Source: Savagea faecisuis
GTDB taxonomy: Bacteria > Bacillota > Bacilli > Bacillales_A > Planococcaceae
Assembly (NCBI RefSeq): GCF_042675605.1
Contig: NZ_JBHTJF010000025.1
Span: forward strand, 12,944-36,943
Reading direction: 5' to 3'
DNA length: 24,000 bases
Below are positions 1-12,306 of this stretch, piece by piece. The notes beneath the pieces are model-generated. The model had not been told where the DNA came from. It searched no databases and was given only the letters and a program-made list of their open reading frames with translations. A program made the position numbers and the translations under genes. The stretch's first letter is position 1. Each line of letters begins with the position of its first letter.

Positions 1-2
1 TG

Positions 3-2224
<2,222 letters not shown>

Positions 2225-2233
2225 GAATGAACG

Positions 2234-2267
2234 CCCCCGTTACTCATATGAGAGTAGCGGGGTTTTT
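2234..2267 (+). terminator. Rho-independent terminator after eno
   Basis: CCCCGttactcatatgagagtaGCGGGG followed by TTTTT. Confidence 0.85.
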
Positions 2268-2358
2268 CGCTTGAACGAGAATCGAAAATGGTTGCTTCAT
2301 CGTTTAGAGTTTGTTAAAATAAGGAGTGTTGTTAGTATTAATCAGGAGGTGGAAGAAA

Positions 2359-2586
2359 GTGCATTCTTTATTAGTGACTTTATTATTAATCGTGGCAATC
2401 GGCCTCATCGTTGTAGTTTTATTACAGTCTGGAAAAAGCGCAGGTTTGTCAGGAGCCATCTCTGGTGGTGCTGAACAACTATTCGGTAAACAAAAAGCAC
2501 GTGGGTTAGACTTAGTCTTACAACGTGTCACAATTGTATTATCTGTCTTATTTTTCGTATTAACTTTAGCTGTGATGAAATTTTAA
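2359..2586 (+). CDS. secG: Preprotein translocase subunit SecG
   Basis: AGGAGGTGG Shine-Dalgarno and GTG start at 2359. [66 protein letters not shown], with two TM segments. Confidence 0.93.
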   Translation: MHSLLVTLLLIVAIGLIVVVLLQSGKSAGLSGAISGGAEQLFGKQKARGLDLVLQRVTIVLSVLFFVLTLAVMKF

Positions 2587-2593
2587 TAAAATG

Positions 2594-2640
2594 ATCCAAG
2601 CCGAGCCAATATCCGTTGGTTCGGCTTCTTTTTTAAAAAA
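2594..2640 (+). terminator. Rho-independent terminator after secG
   Basis: AAGCCGAgCCAAtatccgTTGGtTCGGCTT followed by a T-rich tract. Confidence 0.85.
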
Positions 2641-2695
2641 AGTAGCGGGAACTGTTACACTAGATGTAAATGGATGAGAAGGAGAGTATGGGAAT

Positions 2696-3445
2696 ATGAA
2701 AATCGTTCAACCGAAGCCGTTTTTCTTTGAACACGGACCACGTGCGGTGTTATTGTTACATGGCTTTACAGGAACATCAGCAGACGTGCGCATGTTCGGG
2801 CGTTATTTGGAGAAAAAGGGGTATACCTCTCATGCCCCACATTATCGCGGACACGGTGTCCCCCCGGAAGAATTGATCCAAACGAACCCGGATCAATGGT
2901 GGGAAGATGTCGTCGAAGGGTATGAATTTTTGCGCTCGAAAGGGTATGAAGAAATTGCGGTAGCGGGATTATCGTTAGGAGGCGTCTTTTCATTGAAATT
3001 GAGCATAGAATATCCAGTGCTCGGCATCGCTCCGATGTGTGCGCCGATGTCGATGAAAACGACAGACCTCATGTATGAAGGAGTCCTGCAATATGCGGAA
3101 CAATACAAAAAATACGAAGGGAAATCCGAAGAAGAAATCGAACGAGAAGTAGCAGCATTGCGCGAACAGACGATGGATTCCCTTCCTGAATTACAACAAC
3201 TTGTAAAAGATACACGCGCTACATTGGATGAAGTGTACGCTCCGGCATTCGTCGTACAAGGACGACTCGACCGCGTCATCGATCCACAATCTGCGCAAGT
3301 TATTTACGATGATCTTTCGTCATCGGACAAAACATTAAAATGGTATGAGGAGTCAGGACATATTATTACATTAGACAAAGAGAAAGAACAATTGCATGAA
3401 GATTTATTTGCATTTTTAGAACAATTACCTTGGACAGTTTCATAA
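2696..3445 (+). CDS. Carboxylesterase / alpha-beta hydrolase (Est30-like, between secG and rnr)
   Basis: [42 protein letters not shown] nucleophile elbow, late [16 protein letters not shown] catalytic His. Conserved synteny secG-est-rnr-smpB. Confidence 0.92.
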   Translation: MKIVQPKPFFFEHGPRAVLLLHGFTGTSADVRMFGRYLEKKGYTSHAPHYRGHGVPPEELIQTNPDQWWEDVVEGYEFLRSKGYEEIAVAGLSLGGVFSLKLSIEYPVLGIAPMCAPMSMKTTDLMYEGVLQYAEQYKKYEGKSEEEIEREVAALREQTMDSLPELQQLVKDTRATLDEVYAPAFVVQGRLDRVIDPQSAQVIYDDLSSSDKTLKWYEESGHIITLDKEKEQLHEDLFAFLEQLPWTVS

Positions 3446-3462
3446 TAGAAAGGAGGAGAACA

Positions 3463-5787
3463 ATGGAAGAACAATTACAAGAGCGCTTACTCGACTTGAT
3501 GCGTCACCCGAAGTATTCACCGAGTACAGTCGCACAAATCGAAGAACATTTACAACTCGATGGTGCAGAACAGTTTAAGCAGTTGGTGAAAACATTAGTT
3601 CAGTTAGAACAGAGAGGGGAGATTGTACGTTCCAGAGCGAATCGTTACGGCGTACCAGAGCGGATGAATCATTTGAAAGGCCGCTTTATCGGACACGCAA
3701 AAGGGTTCGGCTTCGTCGCGCCGATGGAAGAGAAGATGGATGACATATTCATTCCACCGAACGCAACGAATGGCGCACTAGATGGTGATACCGTTCTCGT
3801 ACAAGTAGCTGAACATTCTCACGGAGATCGTCGAGAAGGGGAAGTGACGAAAATTGTCGAACGTCATAAACGTTCCGTCGTCGGAACATTTTACGGTTCG
3901 GAAGAGTATAGCTACGTCGTACCCGATGACAAAAAGATTCCGATCAACATTTTCATCGAAGCGGGCAAAACGCTCGGTGCGATGGAAGGACATAAAGTTG
4001 TCGTCGAAATGACGAGCTATCCGACTGAAATTTCAGGCGCAACTGGTTATGTGACGAAAGTGCTCGGTCATAAAAATGACCCAGGCGTCGATATTTTATC
4101 GATCGTTTACAAACATGGCATCCCGACAGAATTTCCAGAAGAAGTGATGGAACAAGCGAACGCTATTCCAGATCACGTCTTACCTGAACAGATGGAAGGA
4201 CGCATGGACTGCAGACAAGACTTGACGATTACGATTGACGGAGCGGATGCGAAAGACTTAGATGACGCGATTTCGGTCGAACGAATGGAAGACGGCACGT
4301 TCATTTTAACGGTGCACATTTCAGACGTCAGTTATTATGTGACGGACGGTTCACCGATGCAGGAAGAAGCGTATGAACGTGGAACGAGTGTCTACTTAAT
4401 CGACCGCGTCATCCCGATGTTGCCACACCGACTTTCGAACGGAATTTGTTCGTTAAATCCAGGCGTTGATCGCTTAACGATGTCATGTCGCATGCATATC
4501 GACGAATCAGGAAAAGTGCTCGACCACGAAATTTTCGAATCGGTCATTAACTCGAAAGAGCGTATGACGTACGATGATGTGTATCACATTATCGACCACC
4601 ATGATGCGGAATTAATGGAGAAGTACGAACATGTCGTTCCGATGTTATTCGATATGGCGAAGCTTGCGAAAATTTTACGAACACAACGCTTCGGACGCGG
4701 GGCAATTGACTTCGACTTTAAAGAGTCGAAAGTGATCGTCGACGAAGAAGGATGGCCGACAGAAATCGAAATGATTGAGCGTACCGTATCAGAACGCTTA
4801 ATCGAAGAGTTTATGCTAGCAGCGAACGAAACTGTCGCCGAACATTTCCACTGGATGCAGTTGCCGTTTTTATACCGAATTCACGAAAATCCGAAAGAAG
4901 AAAAATTACAACGTTTCTTTGAGTTTATTACCCATTTCGGTATTTCGGTGAAAGGGGTCGGCAATACGGTACATCCACGTGCCTTACAAGAAATTATCGA
5001 CTCGATCGCAGGCTTACCAGAAGAAACCGTCATTTCTACGATGTTGCTTCGTTCGATGCAACAAGCGAAATACTCGGATCAAAGTCTCGGTCACTTCGGA
5101 TTATCGACAGAGTTTTATACGCACTTCACGGCGCCAATTCGTCGATACCCAGACTTAATCGTCCACCGTCTCAGTCGCACGTACTTGTTAAAAGGCGAAA
5201 CGGACAAAAAGACGACGGAATATTGGACGAAAGAATTGCCGGAAATTGCGACACATACGTCGAGCTGTGAACGACGTGCCGTTGATGCAGAACGCGACGT
5301 AGAAGCGTTGAAAAAAGCGCAATTTATGGTCGACAAAGTCGGCGAAAACTTCGAAGGTGTCATTTCAAGCGTGACGAATTTCGGTATTTTCATCGAATTG
5401 GACAATACAGTAGAAGGACTCGTCCACGTTCGCGATATGCGGGATGATTACTACAACTTCGACAGTCGCACGATGATGATGATTGGCGAACGTACCGCAA
5501 AACAGTACCGCATCGGAGATAAAGTCGCAATTAAAGTGACGAATGTCGTCCCAGAAGAAGGAACGATTGACTTCGCTTTATACAATCCGAATGAACCGGA
5601 ACGTCAATTTACGAAAAACCGTAAACCACGCGTCATTCAAACGGAAAAGAAACCGCGTCAACGCGCGAAGAAAAAAGGCAATGCGCCGATTGAACGCACG
5701 GAGCGCAGCGGTCAAAAAAAAGAACGTAAATTTTACGAGACGATCGCTAAAAAATCAGCGAAAAAACGTCGTCGTAAACGAAAATAA
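3463..5787 (+). CDS. rnr: Ribonuclease R
   Basis: SD AGGAGGAG and ATG at 3463. RNB domain (DDLDDAISV), S1 domain (FEGVISSVTNFGIFIELDNTVEGLVHV), Lys/Arg-rich C-terminus. Confidence 0.97.
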   Translation: MEEQLQERLLDLMRHPKYSPSTVAQIEEHLQLDGAEQFKQLVKTLVQLEQRGEIVRSRANRYGVPERMNHLKGRFIGHAKGFGFVAPMEEKMDDIFIPPNATNGALDGDTVLVQVAEHSHGDRREGEVTKIVERHKRSVVGTFYGSEEYSYVVPDDKKIPINIFIEAGKTLGAMEGHKVVVEMTSYPTEISGATGYVTKVLGHKNDPGVDILSIVYKHGIPTEFPEEVMEQANAIPDHVLPEQMEGRMDCRQDLTITIDGADAKDLDDAISVERMEDGTFILTVHISDVSYYVTDGSPMQEEAYERGTSVYLIDRVIPMLPHRLSNGICSLNPGVDRLTMSCRMHIDESGKVLDHEIFESVINSKERMTYDDVYHIIDHHDAELMEKYEHVVPMLFDMAKLAKILRTQRFGRGAIDFDFKESKVIVDEEGWPTEIEMIERTVSERLIEEFMLAANETVAEHFHWMQLPFLYRIHENPKEEKLQRFFEFITHFGISVKGVGNTVHPRALQEIIDSIAGLPEETVISTMLLRSMQQAKYSDQSLGHFGLSTEFYTHFTAPIRRYPDLIVHRLSRTYLLKGETDKKTTEYWTKELPEIATHTSSCERRAVDAERDVEALKKAQFMVDKVGENFEGVISSVTNFGIFIELDNTVEGLVHVRDMRDDYYNFDSRTMMMIGERTAKQYRIGDKVAIKVTNVVPEEGTIDFALYNPNEPERQFTKNRKPRVIQTEKKPRQRAKKKGNAPIERTERSGQKKERKFYETIAKKSAKKRRRKRK

Positions 5788-5803
5788 ATGAGAGGTGAGC
5801 CAG

Positions 5804-6271
5804 ATGGCAAAAGGACAAGGGAAGGTCGTCGCCGTCAATCGTAAAGCGAATCATAACTTTGCGATTGAGGAGACGATCGAAGCAGGACTCGTTTTACAAG
5901 GAACAGAAATTAAATCGATTCGCGCAGGCAAAGTACAAATCGCCGATGCATTCGTACTTGTGCGAAACAACGAAGCGTGGGTATCGAATATGCACATTAG
6001 CCCGTATGAACAAGGGAATCGATACAATCACGATCCCGTCCGCGCACGTAAACTGTTGTTGCATCGTCATCAAATCGATAAACTGCAAGGCAGTGTCCAA
6101 CAAGACGGTTACGCGATCGTTCCGTTGAAAGTATATTTGAAAAACGGCTTTGCGAAATTGTTAATCGGACTCGGAAAAGGGAAGAAATTGTACGACAAGC
6201 GTCACGACTTACGTAAAAAAGATGCACAACGTGAGATGGAACGTGCCTTCAAAGCAAAACAGCAATATTGA
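5804..6271 (+). CDS. smpB: SsrA-binding protein SmpB
   Basis: [51 protein letters not shown]...[21 protein letters not shown]; adjacent to tmRNA. Confidence 0.98.
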   Translation: MAKGQGKVVAVNRKANHNFAIEETIEAGLVLQGTEIKSIRAGKVQIADAFVLVRNNEAWVSNMHISPYEQGNRYNHDPVRARKLLLHRHQIDKLQGSVQQDGYAIVPLKVYLKNGFAKLLIGLGKGKKLYDKRHDLRKKDAQREMERAFKAKQQY

Positions 6272-6362
6272 TACTTGGCTGGAAATTTGTTATACTATTG
6301 GAGTACGTAGAGCTTTGCCTCTATTTCTGTATACGTGTAGAGTGGAACACTCTCCCAATTGC

Positions 6363-6723
6363 GGGGACGTTACGGATTCGACAGGGGTACTTGAGCTTGA
6401 GCTGCGCGTCGGAGGGATCGGCTCCGTCAGAAACGTCAAGCCAATAATAACTGGCAAACAAGAACAAAACTTAGCTTTCGCAGCGTAAGCTGACGAAACT
6501 GCCTTTACTGTCTATCGCCCATGTAGTACGGATAAAGGCTCAACTTTAGTGGGATACGTCTTTTCGCTTCCTTCTGTAGCGAGAGAAAGAGAATAATCAG
6601 AATAGCACGCGGGACGCCTTGATTGGTGGCATAACGACGTGTGAAATGTAAGTAATCAATCTACACGCGTAGACGCTTGGGTGGCAGGGCCTTTGGACGC
6701 GGGTTCGACTCCCGCCGTCTCCA
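6363..6723 (+). rRNA. ssrA: transfer-messenger RNA (tmRNA); listed here under the nearest RNA type, but it is not rRNA
   Basis: GGGGACGTTACGGATTCGACAGG 5' end pairs with ...GGGTTCGACTCCCGCCGTCTCC-A 3' end. Tag ORF GGC AAA CAA GAA CAA AAC TTA GCT TTC GCA GCG TAA (6453-6488). Confidence 0.97.
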
Positions 6724-6739
6724 TACATCGTGATGGACG

Positions 6740-6777
6740 AAAGCATCGATTTCTGAAAAGAGATCGATGCTTTTTGT
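6740..6777 (+). terminator. Terminator after ssrA
   Basis: AAGCATCGAT ttctgaaaagag ATCGATGCTT TTTTG; near-identical copy at 19151-19188. Confidence 0.85.
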
Positions 6778-6885
6778 GTTTAGAAAATATTACAGAACCA
6801 ACATGGTCTATAAATAACTACTATTTGCACGTTCCATAAAATCAGCATGACATAATTAGTGAACAAACATAATCAGCTTGGGGTC

Positions 6886-7151
6886 CCGTCACATACCTAT
6901 CAAGCTAAGCACATCAATACCCCCAACATGAAAAAAAACGCTATTCTTTCTGTAACATCAATAGTTTACAAGAAAGGATGGCGTTTTTGATGAATCGAAT
7001 TCTATCCAATGAATTGCATCTTTTCGCACAAGAATTACGCGATTGTTTATCTCCAGCAGTGCTACAAGAAATCGCCAAACATGTGGGCTTTGTCAAACGC
7101 AAAAGTAAATATCAAGCCAATGAACTCCTTTTGAAATTCTTTATTACTTAA
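6886..7151 (+). mobile_element. Truncated IS231/IS4-family element (left end plus transposase N-terminus)
   Basis: ORF 6990-7151 MNRILSNELHLFAQELRDCLSPAVLQEIAKHVGFVKRKSKYQANELLLKFFIT* resembles IS4-family N-termini. Upstream CATACCTATCAAGCTAAG resembles an IS231-type terminal repeat. Stops prematurely. Confidence 0.65.
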
Positions 7152-7338
7152 ACTATCGGCTAATATATCTTGTAGTTAAGTTAGTATAAATGATGTGGGA
7201 CATACAAAAAAACATTCCCAAAGCGGGATTGTTTGGGAATGTTTAAAGGCTAAAATTTAGATTTTAAAATTCATCAAATGAATAACTGGAGTGACGCTAA
7301 GTCCATTAATCATATATAAAGACTCAGCATCACAATTT

Positions 7339-8871
7339 CTATGGTGTAGATTTCATATAACGTGGTGTAGTAGCTATAGGATACTGATTTAGGGCAGGTA
7401 AATAATTATTATTCGTTGCCAATCCGCTAAAACTAAAATAAAATGCCACACGTTCGTCTATGTTCTTCTGATCAATTGCTTGTATAAAGTCTGCCAATCT
7501 ATTTTCTACATAATTTGGTGCGGTGAAATCTGCAAAGGATACCGATTTCAACTCATTAACAGGCAATAAATAAGATTCAATTAGGCTATTGAGCTCATCA
7601 AGTTCGATAGGTGCTAGTAATTCATAATCATAGTCAATATAGATGACTGTTGTAAATTTTTCTCCATATTCTTTGTGTACAATTTCAACCGGATAACGAT
7701 ATCTTGCTTCCGTTCCAATGACACCAGCTGAGAATCTGTTTTGGTAGCGTTCGTTATTAAGAGAAGGCTCTGCTGGTACAGTTTTTTCACCCTTCGTTGA
7801 ATCAACAATCAAATAATCCGTAGTAAAGTTACCTCTAGACGCACCGTTTAAAATGGATTCTTTCATAAATGTTTCATCTAGATAGTTAATTGGCGTACTT
7901 GAAACAGCAAAGGCTGAGCTAATAGCAGTACCACCTGTTATTAATAAAATAATGATTATAAGTATGAAGATGCCCGATTTTTTCTTTCCACTGCTCATAA
8001 TTGCGTGAATTCTTTTTTGTAAAAAATGTGAGTTGCCCGCAAAATTAGTAGAAAAAACACCGATTGGTTTTTTCGTCATTTCGGTATGAAGAATGGCTTG
8101 ACTATATGTTTTTCTTAATGGGTCATCTGAATTTTTTATTACTTCATCATCACAAGCTAATTCACACAGTTGATCTAACTCTTTTGCGAAACGATAAAAG
8201 AGTGGGTTGAACCAATGAATTGCGCTTACGAATAGAATGAAAGCCTTAAACCATAGATCCTTTCGTTGTAAATGCACGAGCTCATGCTTCAAAATCATGT
8301 TTAACTCTTGCTTTTCATAGTCATTTATAGGAAGCCAAATCGTTTGCTTTATAAATCCTGTTAACATCGGTGAATGAATACAACTGGATTGTTTTAAGCT
8401 AATTTCCTTCGTAATTGTCATTTCCTCTTTCACTTGCTCTAGCAATTGAAGCGTATGAGGTTCAACAACCAATTGCCCCCATCTGTTTACTGTTTGCATA
8501 AAGCGATAGTGTTTAAATAGATGCACTGCTAAAAATAGGATGATTCCTCCAATCCAAAGCGACATCAAAACGTGCCAAATTGAAAGTGAGGACATTGTTT
8601 CAACAGTGGATGCCATAAGTGTTATCTCACTACTCTTTGCTGGAACCAGTTCCATCGAAGGCAGCTGCATAGGTTCAGATAGATGAACAATCTTTTTAGA
8701 AATTTTGAAGGTAAATGGCAATATAAATCCAATCAAAATAGCAAGCCAGCTATAATAAAGCCATTTCGCACTGTATCGCTTCAAAAGGAAAGGTGTAACT
8801 ACTACATACAGTATGCCAATAAACGTCATGATGACGGATTTAAACAGTAAACCTACCATGATACTTTGCAT
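7339..8871 (-). CDS. BlaR1/MecR1-like M56-family antirepressor metalloprotease
   Basis: 510 aa, multiple N-terminal TM helices, HELVHLQRKDLWFKA zinc-protease motif, ELACDDEV. Start is adjacent to a BlaI/MecI-like gene. Confidence 0.85.
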   Translation of the reverse strand: MQSIMVGLLFKSVIMTFIGILYVVVTPFLLKRYSAKWLYYSWLAILIGFILPFTFKISKKIVHLSEPMQLPSMELVPAKSSEITLMASTVETMSSLSIWHVLMSLWIGGIILFLAVHLFKHYRFMQTVNRWGQLVVEPHTLQLLEQVKEEMTITKEISLKQSSCIHSPMLTGFIKQTIWLPINDYEKQELNMILKHELVHLQRKDLWFKAFILFVSAIHWFNPLFYRFAKELDQLCELACDDEVIKNSDDPLRKTYSQAILHTEMTKKPIGVFSTNFAGNSHFLQKRIHAIMSSGKKKSGIFILIIIILLITGGTAISSAFAVSSTPINYLDETFMKESILNGASRGNFTTDYLIVDSTKGEKTVPAEPSLNNERYQNRFSAGVIGTEARYRYPVEIVHKEYGEKFTTVIYIDYDYELLAPIELDELNSLIESYLLPVNELKSVSFADFTAPNYVENRLADFIQAIDQKNIDERVAFYFSFSGLATNNNYLPALNQYPIATTPRYMKSTP

Positions 8872-8872
8872 A

Positions 8873-9241
8873 TTAATCCCTCTTTTCTTCCACCCATTTC
8901 AGTAAAGATGCTAAATCCTCATCGGAAATATGATCTGATTTATAAAGTGTATTGACCAAATTCAAAACAGACTTTTTATGATAAAGCTCCATAAAATGCT
9001 CCGTTTCAAAACCTAGGTAAGCCTCTTTTTCGATCAATGGATAGTAAAATCTCTCTTTACCTTGTTTTTCACTGCGAAGAAACCCACGCTCCGTTAATCT
9101 TTTCATAAGCGTTACGACCGTTTGGATTTTCCAGCCTTTTTCCTGACCGATTTGCTCCATGATGATTCCAGTTGTAATAGGTGGATGGCTTTCCCAAACA
9201 ATCTTCATCACTTCAAACTCTGTTTCAGGTAATCTTTTCAT
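8873..9241 (-). CDS. BlaI/MecI/CopY-family transcriptional repressor
   Basis: MKRLPETEFEVMKIVWESHPPITTGIIMEQIGQEKGWKIQTVVTLMKRLTERGFL: canonical BlaI-like winged helix. Confidence 0.92.
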   Translation of the reverse strand: MKRLPETEFEVMKIVWESHPPITTGIIMEQIGQEKGWKIQTVVTLMKRLTERGFLRSEKQGKERFYYPLIEKEAYLGFETEHFMELYHKKSVLNLVNTLYKSDHISDEDLASLLKWVEEKRD

Positions 9242-9260
9242 GTATATTCCCCCTTATCCA

Positions 9261-9280
9261 TTTAAGTCAATTGTCTTAAA
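9261..9280. promoter_or_regulatory. Putative BlaI-type operator dyad
   Basis: TTTAAGtCAATTGtCTTAAA directly upstream of blaI-like gene; same core recurs at 10708-10725. Confidence 0.55.
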
Positions 9281-9769
9281 TGTAAATATACAACTTCCTT
9301 AAATATTTTTCAATCTTTTCCCACTGATTAAAGTAAATTCAACTTGGTATTGATACACCAGCTATCCCTCCATTCATTTTTTCTGGAGTATAGAAGATAG
9401 CGGTCACAACGTGCAAAGCGCTGTTTTTTAAATTTATTTAGATTTTTTTACTTGAAGGTGGTATTAACAAGTAGAAGATTTATTGCGAACAATGTTAAAC
9501 GAGGAAAAAAATCAGGCGAAATAATAAAACCATACTAAGTAATTTTAGCCGTACAGTTTTATGAAGTACTGTAATAGTGATTCTACAAAATTATAATTTT
9601 GTAATTCTGCACCAAATAAACAACACAATATAACCAAGCCGATAATCATAATCATGAAAATAAAAATCAAAGTGAATGTATAAATCATAAAAGAAAAATG
9701 GGAATCTGTTTAGCTGTAGCATTACAGATGTGAGGAATAGTTGTATATTGAAATACAATTTATTAAGAA

Positions 9770-10024
9770 TTGAAGGTGAAAACAAAAGAAGCCCTTGAAA
9801 ACGAGCACCTTTCAACACTTTATGCCAAACATAAAGCAGATATCGAAAGTGCGTTCGGTAATCTAAAGGTGACGCTCACACGATTCCTACCGCGTGGCTT
9901 ATTAAAGACCCAAACAGAGTTTTGGGTTGATTCCATGGCTCATAATTTGAGGAAGTTGGCGGGCAAACGCCTCGCCAATTCTTCCAATACAGCAAAGGTC
10001 CTTGCTACCTTTTTCGCTTAATAA
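9770..10024 (+). pseudogene. C-terminal fragment of a DDE transposase (IS1182-like)
   Basis: HLSTLYAKHKADIESAFGNLKVTLTRFLPRGLLKTQTEFWVDSMAHNLRKLAGKR is typical of the conserved C-terminus. No N-terminal half present. Confidence 0.75.
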
Positions 10025-10045
10025 TCAAAATTTCTAAATTTAAGA

Positions 10046-10534
10046 TTAGTTATATGCGCCATTAGCATATATAAATAACGATATTGTACCCCCACCTGTT
10101 TTACCATTTGAACCAGTATAGGATACTGTAGAATTAACTTTTGCAAGACGAGTGTTGTTATCTATAATAGAAGTATTTGTTGCTTTCAAGTTAGAGCTAG
10201 TTGGTCTATAAAGTATCTCTGTTTTAGGTTTTGTAACTGCTACCACTTTTCCATCATATACAGCAGTTGCAGTTATTTTAACTGTGCCAAGTCTTGCATT
10301 ATTATAAAGATCAGTCATTTCAACGCTCTTAGATGGATATACTAGACCTCGCGTTAATGTAGGAAGAACTCTAAATTGAATCCCGTCAATTATGTAAACT
10401 TGCTCAGAATTATCTGAAATATTAATTTCGAGAAGGAAGCCTTCGTCTTCTAATTCTTCATTTTGTGCAAAAGCAGCTACTGGTGTTAGGATACATAAAA
10501 TCATTGTTAACATACTAATCAGCCATTTTTTCAT
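10046..10534 (-). CDS. Secreted small protein of unknown function (possibly DUF5626-like)
   Basis: 162 aa, N-terminal signal peptide MKKWLISMLTMILCILTPVAAFAQN, then a beta-rich looking mature region. Confidence 0.6.
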   Translation of the reverse strand: MKKWLISMLTMILCILTPVAAFAQNEELEDEGFLLEINISDNSEQVYIIDGIQFRVLPTLTRGLVYPSKSVEMTDLYNNARLGTVKITATAVYDGKVVAVTKPKTEILYRPTSSNLKATNTSIIDNNTRLAKVNSTVSYTGSNGKTGGGTISLFIYANGAYN

Positions 10535-10567
10535 TGTTAAATTCTCTCCTTTTTATTCTTTCTTGTA

Positions 10568-10698
10568 TAACGGTTTGAAGCTTCCAGACTTTATCACTCC
10601 CTATCTTCTCCATCAGAATCCTGTCGTAATTGGAGGATTTATTTTCCCAAAACAATCTTCATAGCTTCAATCTCTGTTTCAGGTAACTTATTATTCAC
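10568..10698 (-). pseudogene. Decayed 5' fragment of a second blaI-like gene
   Basis: GTG start after GGGAGG SD. NNKLPETEIEAMKIV-WENNPPITTG-LMEKIGSDKVWKLQT can be read across frameshifts. Parallels the intact copy at 8873-9241. Confidence 0.8.
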
Positions 10699-10707
10699 AC
10701 CTCCCGT

Positions 10708-10725
10708 TTAAGTCAATTGTCTTAG
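10708..10725. promoter_or_regulatory. Second putative BlaI-type operator dyad
   Basis: TTAAGTCAATTGTCTTAG matches 9262-9280. Confidence 0.5.
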
Positions 10726-11049
10726 TTTGTAAGATACAGCTATCTTAAATGATTGTCAATATAGATTTGTAATAATAAATAAAAAAAGAGTATATTAAAC
10801 ATTTTTAATAAAAAGTTACAGTAAAATAAAATCTCTTATAAACTAGATAAAATTAGATGTGAGGTCATTATGGTTGTAATTGTTGTTCAAGGTCCATGAT
10901 GGGAGATTGAGTTTTGGGCCACGGCACTATTGATACTTGGAAAATTTATAAGTGAATAAAGATGGAGGATGCTAGTGAATTGGAAGCCCTTTTTAAAAAA
11001 TTTAGTGATTAAATTTATTTTTTTATACAACTCAAATACAAATAACGTT

Positions 11050-11512
11050 CCCCAATGACACTTGAACTGCACCCCAATTTTAACGGTGAAATCATTACCT
11101 ATACAATTGGATCTAGACCTACGTATTCATTAGTTTCGGAGATGTTAGAGAAGACTTTGGAGAGATTGCCAGAGGAACATCAGCTACTGATGCATTCCGA
11201 TCAAGGCTGGTATTATCAAATGAAACAATATCGCCCTACTCTTAAATCAAGAGGCATTGTGCAAAGCATGTCTCGTAAAGGCAACTGTTACGATAACTCG
11301 GGGATGGAGAATTTCTTTGGCATTATGAAGTCAGAATTCCTCTACTTCAAGGAATTTGCGCGCATTTTAAAGAAGAACTAAAAAAATATATCAACTATTA
11401 CAACACGAAACAGATCAAGGCAAAATTAAAAGGCATGAACCCGATACAATATCGAACACATGCCCAACTAGCTGCCTAAATTAACCGTGTCTAATTTTTG
11501 GGGGTCACTTCA
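11050..11512 (+). mobile_element. IS3-family (IS150/IS3 group) transposase OrfB remnant with right end
   Basis: FNGEIITYTIGSRPTYSLVSEMLE...HSDQGWYYQMKQYRPTLKSRGIVQSMSRKGNCYDNSGMENFFGIMKSEF, then a frameshift and YINYYNTKQIKAKLKGMNPIQYRTHAQLAA*. IS end TGTCTAATTTTTGGGGGTCA. Confidence 0.9.
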
Positions 11513-11585
11513 TGTTGGGAAACATTTGATTCTTAACCTACCAATTTCCAAAAGGTGGGCTGTAGCCTTGTTAAAAAAAGATTAC

Positions 11586-11786
11586 CTAATCATTAAATTC
11601 CCAAAATAATTCATCGAATGTTTTATTCAGTGCTTTGCAAATAGATATACAAACAGATAGTGTTGCGTTGTATTTTCCTAATTCAATCAAACCAATCGTT
11701 TGCCTTGTGACCCCAACTTTTTCTGCTAAATCGCCTTGTGACATATCCAATGCGATTCGTGCTGTCTTCATTCGTACATTTTTCAT
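11586..11786 (-). CDS. XRE-family HTH regulator (short, 66 aa)
   Basis: MKNVRMKTARIALDMSQGDLAEKVGVTRQTIGLIELGKYNATLSVCISICKALNKTFDELFW. Confidence 0.9.
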   Translation of the reverse strand: MKNVRMKTARIALDMSQGDLAEKVGVTRQTIGLIELGKYNATLSVCISICKALNKTFDELFWEFND

Positions 11787-11807
11787 TGCTTATCTTTTTC
11801 CAATTCT

Positions 11808-12086
11808 TCAAGTGTTTTTCCACTTACACGCTCGCTCTTTTCCTTTCGTATTCCTAACTTCTTCCGAAAAGATACCCAAATTTGTCGAACGTACTAGATA
11901 ATAAATCGCCCCAGTAATTAAAATAATCATTTCTGTTCCAAGATTTTCAAATCCACCTTTTCCAAAAATGACTTTCAATACCATACTGCCACTACAAATC
12001 ACTAGCACAAAAACATAAATTTCTCGATAAATTTTGTTTTGCAAATTTGTAATACGCTCATCCTGAATCATTTGACGCTTAAACAT
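11808..12086 (-). CDS. Small membrane protein paired with XRE regulator
   Basis: 92 aa, two predicted TM segments, co-directional immediately upstream of the XRE gene. Confidence 0.65.
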   Translation of the reverse strand: MFKRQMIQDERITNLQNKIYREIYVFVLVICSGSMVLKVIFGKGGFENLGTEMIILITGAIYYLVRSTNLGIFSEEVRNTKGKERACKWKNT

Positions 12087-12306
12087 ACCTCAACCTCCAT
12101 CTCTCGAATTAACTTTAAATATACAATATACATTGCAAATAAGTTTATCCATTTTTCTATAAAATGAATATTGCAGATGAGAAAGGCCATTAAGAATGTA
12201 CTTCAATGCCCCAATTGTTGAATAAGAAAAATGCACCCAAACCGACGTTTGGGAACATTATCTCCCTTAACGTTGTAAACTCGCATTTTTCTGACGGGAC
12301 GCCAGC

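Noticed and set aside
6222-6488. 88-aa ORF overlapping the start of tmRNA
   Set aside because: Overlaps the well-supported ssrA gene. Only its last codons are real coding, as the tmRNA tag.
6700-6724. Duplicated ssrA 3' end (attL/attR) marking a site-specific integrative element
   Set aside because: No second copy of GGTTCGACTCCCGCCGTCTCCA was found in the window and there is no integrase gene.
7209-7242. ACATTCCCAAa...TTTGGGAATGT hairpin as an independent element
   Set aside because: Probably a terminator relic in the IS-remnant zone; no adjacent intact gene to assign it to.
9591-9818. 75-aa minus-strand ORF rich in F/Y/L
   Set aside because: AT-rich composition artefact overlapping the transposase fragment; no SD or family features.
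10887-11072. 61-aa minus-strand ORF
   Set aside because: Runs antisense into the IS3-family remnant; no protein features.
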